In this document: in pieces, positions 6,014 to 7,045 of the stretch | Layout: the number at the start of each line of letters is the position of its first letter | How positions within the stretch are numbered: the stretch's first letter is position 1 | Source: a virus | Taxonomy: Duplodnaviria; Heunggongvirae; Uroviricota; Caudoviricetes | DNA length: 7,045 nucleotides | Strand: one strand, 5' to 3' | IMG/VR virus record: IMGVR_UViG_2547132277_000003 | Notes under the pieces: model-generated | What the model was told of the DNA's origin: nothing | Database searches by the model: none | What the model saw: only the letters and a program-made list of their open reading frames with translations | Translations under genes and position numbers: made by a program

Positions 6014-6336
6014 CGACGTTAACTCAATGCCAGCAGCAGGTGCTGGATATGCTGATTTCTTATCAGAAAGAACGTGGCTTCCCGCCAACCAATCAGGAGG
6101 TGGCAACCATGCTGGGATACCGTTCGGTGAATGCAGCGGTGGAGCATCTTCGCGCACTGGAGAAAAAAGGCGTCATCACGATAAAGCGTGGCGTGGCCCG
6201 GGGGATAACGCTTCATACCGCGGTGAAGGACGACGACAGCGAGGCGGTCGGGATTATCCGCGCACTGCTTGCCGGTGAGGAAAACGCAAGGCTGCGTGCA
6301 ACCCACTGGTTACATGAGAGGGACCTGAAAGTATGA
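6010..6336 (+). CDS. LexA-like DNA-binding-domain-only protein (winged HTH, no S24 peptidase domain)
   Basis: 108 aa. LTQCQQQVLDMLISYQKERGFPPTNQEVATMLGYRSVNAAVEHLRALEKKGVITIKRGVARGITL parallels the LexA N-terminal domain (LTARQQEVFDLI...[36 protein letters not shown]...) but the protein ends about 35 residues later with no Ser/Lys dyad. ATGA overlap with the Dam stop. Confidence 0.75.
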   Translation: MTTLTQCQQQVLDMLISYQKERGFPPTNQEVATMLGYRSVNAAVEHLRALEKKGVITIKRGVARGITLHTAVKDDDSEAVGIIRALLAGEENARLRATHWLHERDLKV

Positions 6337-6614
6337 AGCTGATCCTGCCTTTTCCGCCCAGCGTGAACACGTACTGGCGACACCCCAACAAAGGGGCGTT
6401 TGCTGGTAAGAGCCTGATAAGCGCGGCGGGGCGAAAATTCCAGAGCGCGGCGTGCGCAGCAATAGTTGAGCAGTTACGTCGTCTGCCGAAACCAACGTCG
6501 GCACCTGCTTCAGTGGAGATCGTGTTGTTTCCTCCGGATAGACGGGATGGAAAACCGCCGCCATCGCCTGAACTGGGAAATGAGCCGGGACAGGTGTTTG
6601 CGGCTTGGCAGTAA
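6333..6614 (+). pseudogene. rusA: RusA-family Holliday-junction resolvase, C-terminally disrupted (catalytic Asp region missing)
   Basis: N-terminus MKLILPFPPSVNTYWRHPNKG matches the RusA signature (E. coli RusA LPWPPSNNRYYRHNRG). Similarity continues through ...VEIVLFPPDRR, but the expected RRDLDN...K...D catalytic segment is replaced by DGKPPPSPELGNEPGQVFAAWQ-stop. No alternative frame in 6538-6660 restores it. ATGA overlap with the upstream gene. Confidence 0.55.
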
Positions 6615-6650
6615 CCGGCTCATTTAAACCGTCTGGTCTGTTTCCTCCGG
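6526..6650. repeat. 12-bp exact direct repeat TGTTTCCTCCGG (6526-6537 and 6639-6650) flanking ~101 bp at the rusA breakpoint
   Basis: Seen directly in the sequence. The first copy lies within rusA codons just before homology is lost; the second lies 44 bp upstream of the right-hand transposase start. Confidence 0.6.
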
Positions 6651-6693
6651 CTCTACAAAAATAATGTCCATCATTTTTAATGGACACTATCGT

Positions 6694-7045
6694 ATGAAAC
6701 ACCGGACCTGGATCACTGAAGCTTTACGTCTTCACTTTGAAGAACATTTACCCCGGGTTGTGGCCGGGCGTCGCCTGGGTGTACCAAAATCAACAGTTTG
6801 TAGTATGTTCGTGCGCTTTCGGAGAGCTGGCCTTTCGTGGCCTTTGCCCGCAGGCATGTCGGAGCAGGAACTTGATGCCTGCCTTTACGGACAATTTTCC
6901 ACGATACCAGTCGTACGTCCTGAAAGCACCGTTATATCCGAAGCCCCCGTGGTAAAAAAACGTCCCCGGCGGCCCAACTTCCCTTATGAGTTTAAAATCG
7001 CCTTAGTGGAGCAGTCACTGCAGCCCGGAGCCTGTGTGGCGCAGA
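6694..7045 (+). CDS. IS transposase, N-terminal part with two HTH regions (family uncertain, IS3-family OrfA-like; partial, runs off window end)
   Basis: Manual translation from ATG 6694: MKHRTWITEALRLHFEEHLPRVVAGRRLGVPKSTVCSMFVRFRRAGLSWPLPAGMSEQELDACLYGQFSTIPVVRPESTVISEAPVVKKRPRRPNFPYEFKIALVEQSLQPGACVAQ..., no stop before the window end. The second HTH resembles IS2-type OrfA ([25 protein letters not shown]). It differs from the left-hand IstA, so the two flanking elements are different. Confidence 0.6.
   Translation, partial: MKHRTWITEALRLHFEEHLPRVVAGRRLGVPKSTVCSMFVRFRRAGLSWPLPAGMSEQELDACLYGQFSTIPVVRPESTVISEAPVVKKRPRRPNFPYEFKIALVEQSLQPGACVAQ

Noticed and set aside
5357-6278. Long ORFs 5576..6157(-, 193 aa) and 5766..6278(+, 170 aa), plus 5357..5569(-) and 5481..5681(+)
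   Set aside because: They overlap the Dam gene (NPPY motif, in frame) and the LexA-like gene; translations are Pro/Arg/Ser-rich and junk-like. These are GC-rich shadow ORFs.
6019-6702. Minus-strand ORFs 6019..6306 and 6310..6702
   Set aside because: Antisense to the LexA-like and rusA-like genes with no family resemblance and no start signals.
6737-6955. Plus-strand ORF 6737..6955 (72 aa)
   Set aside because: Out of frame within the transposase ORF that starts at 6694, which has recognisable HTH segments.
1-7045. CRISPR array, tRNA or tmRNA gene, attachment site, canonical LexA SOS box
   Set aside because: No spaced direct repeats of CRISPR type, no GGTTCGAATCC-like T-arm, and no CTGT-N8-ACAG match were seen on manual inspection. 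This was a visual scan, so weak or degenerate sites could have been missed.

Overview
This window reads as the early (immunity, replication, ninR-like) region of a lambdoid temperate prophage from an enterobacterium, bracketed by insertion-sequence DNA on both sides. All family assignments come from reading motifs by eye; no database search was run. Left edge (1-852, minus strand): the N-terminal ~284 codons of an IS21-family IstA transposase, running off the window, with a probable IS terminus near 953. Centre (1252-6614): two convergent, overlapping small ORFs of unknown function, then an OL-like pair of operator dyads and an intrinsic terminator, then a CI-type SOS-cleavable repressor (minus strand) diverging from a Cro-like gene. 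Downstream on the plus strand are a CII-like regulator, a ~350 bp stretch whose reading frame is ambiguous, an O-like replication initiator with iteron-like repeats inside its coding sequence, a PerC-family regulator, a phage Dam-type adenine methyltransferase, a protein consisting only of a LexA-like DNA-binding domain, and a RusA-family resolvase gene that has lost its catalytic C-terminus. Right edge (6694-7045): the start of a second, different transposase with two helix-turn-helix regions. No integrase, lysis or structural genes, tRNA or CRISPR array are visible. I did not find a clearly novel system; the best candidates for something undescribed are the small-ORF pair at 1252-1690, the ambiguous stretch at 3516-3938, and the LexA-domain-only protein.
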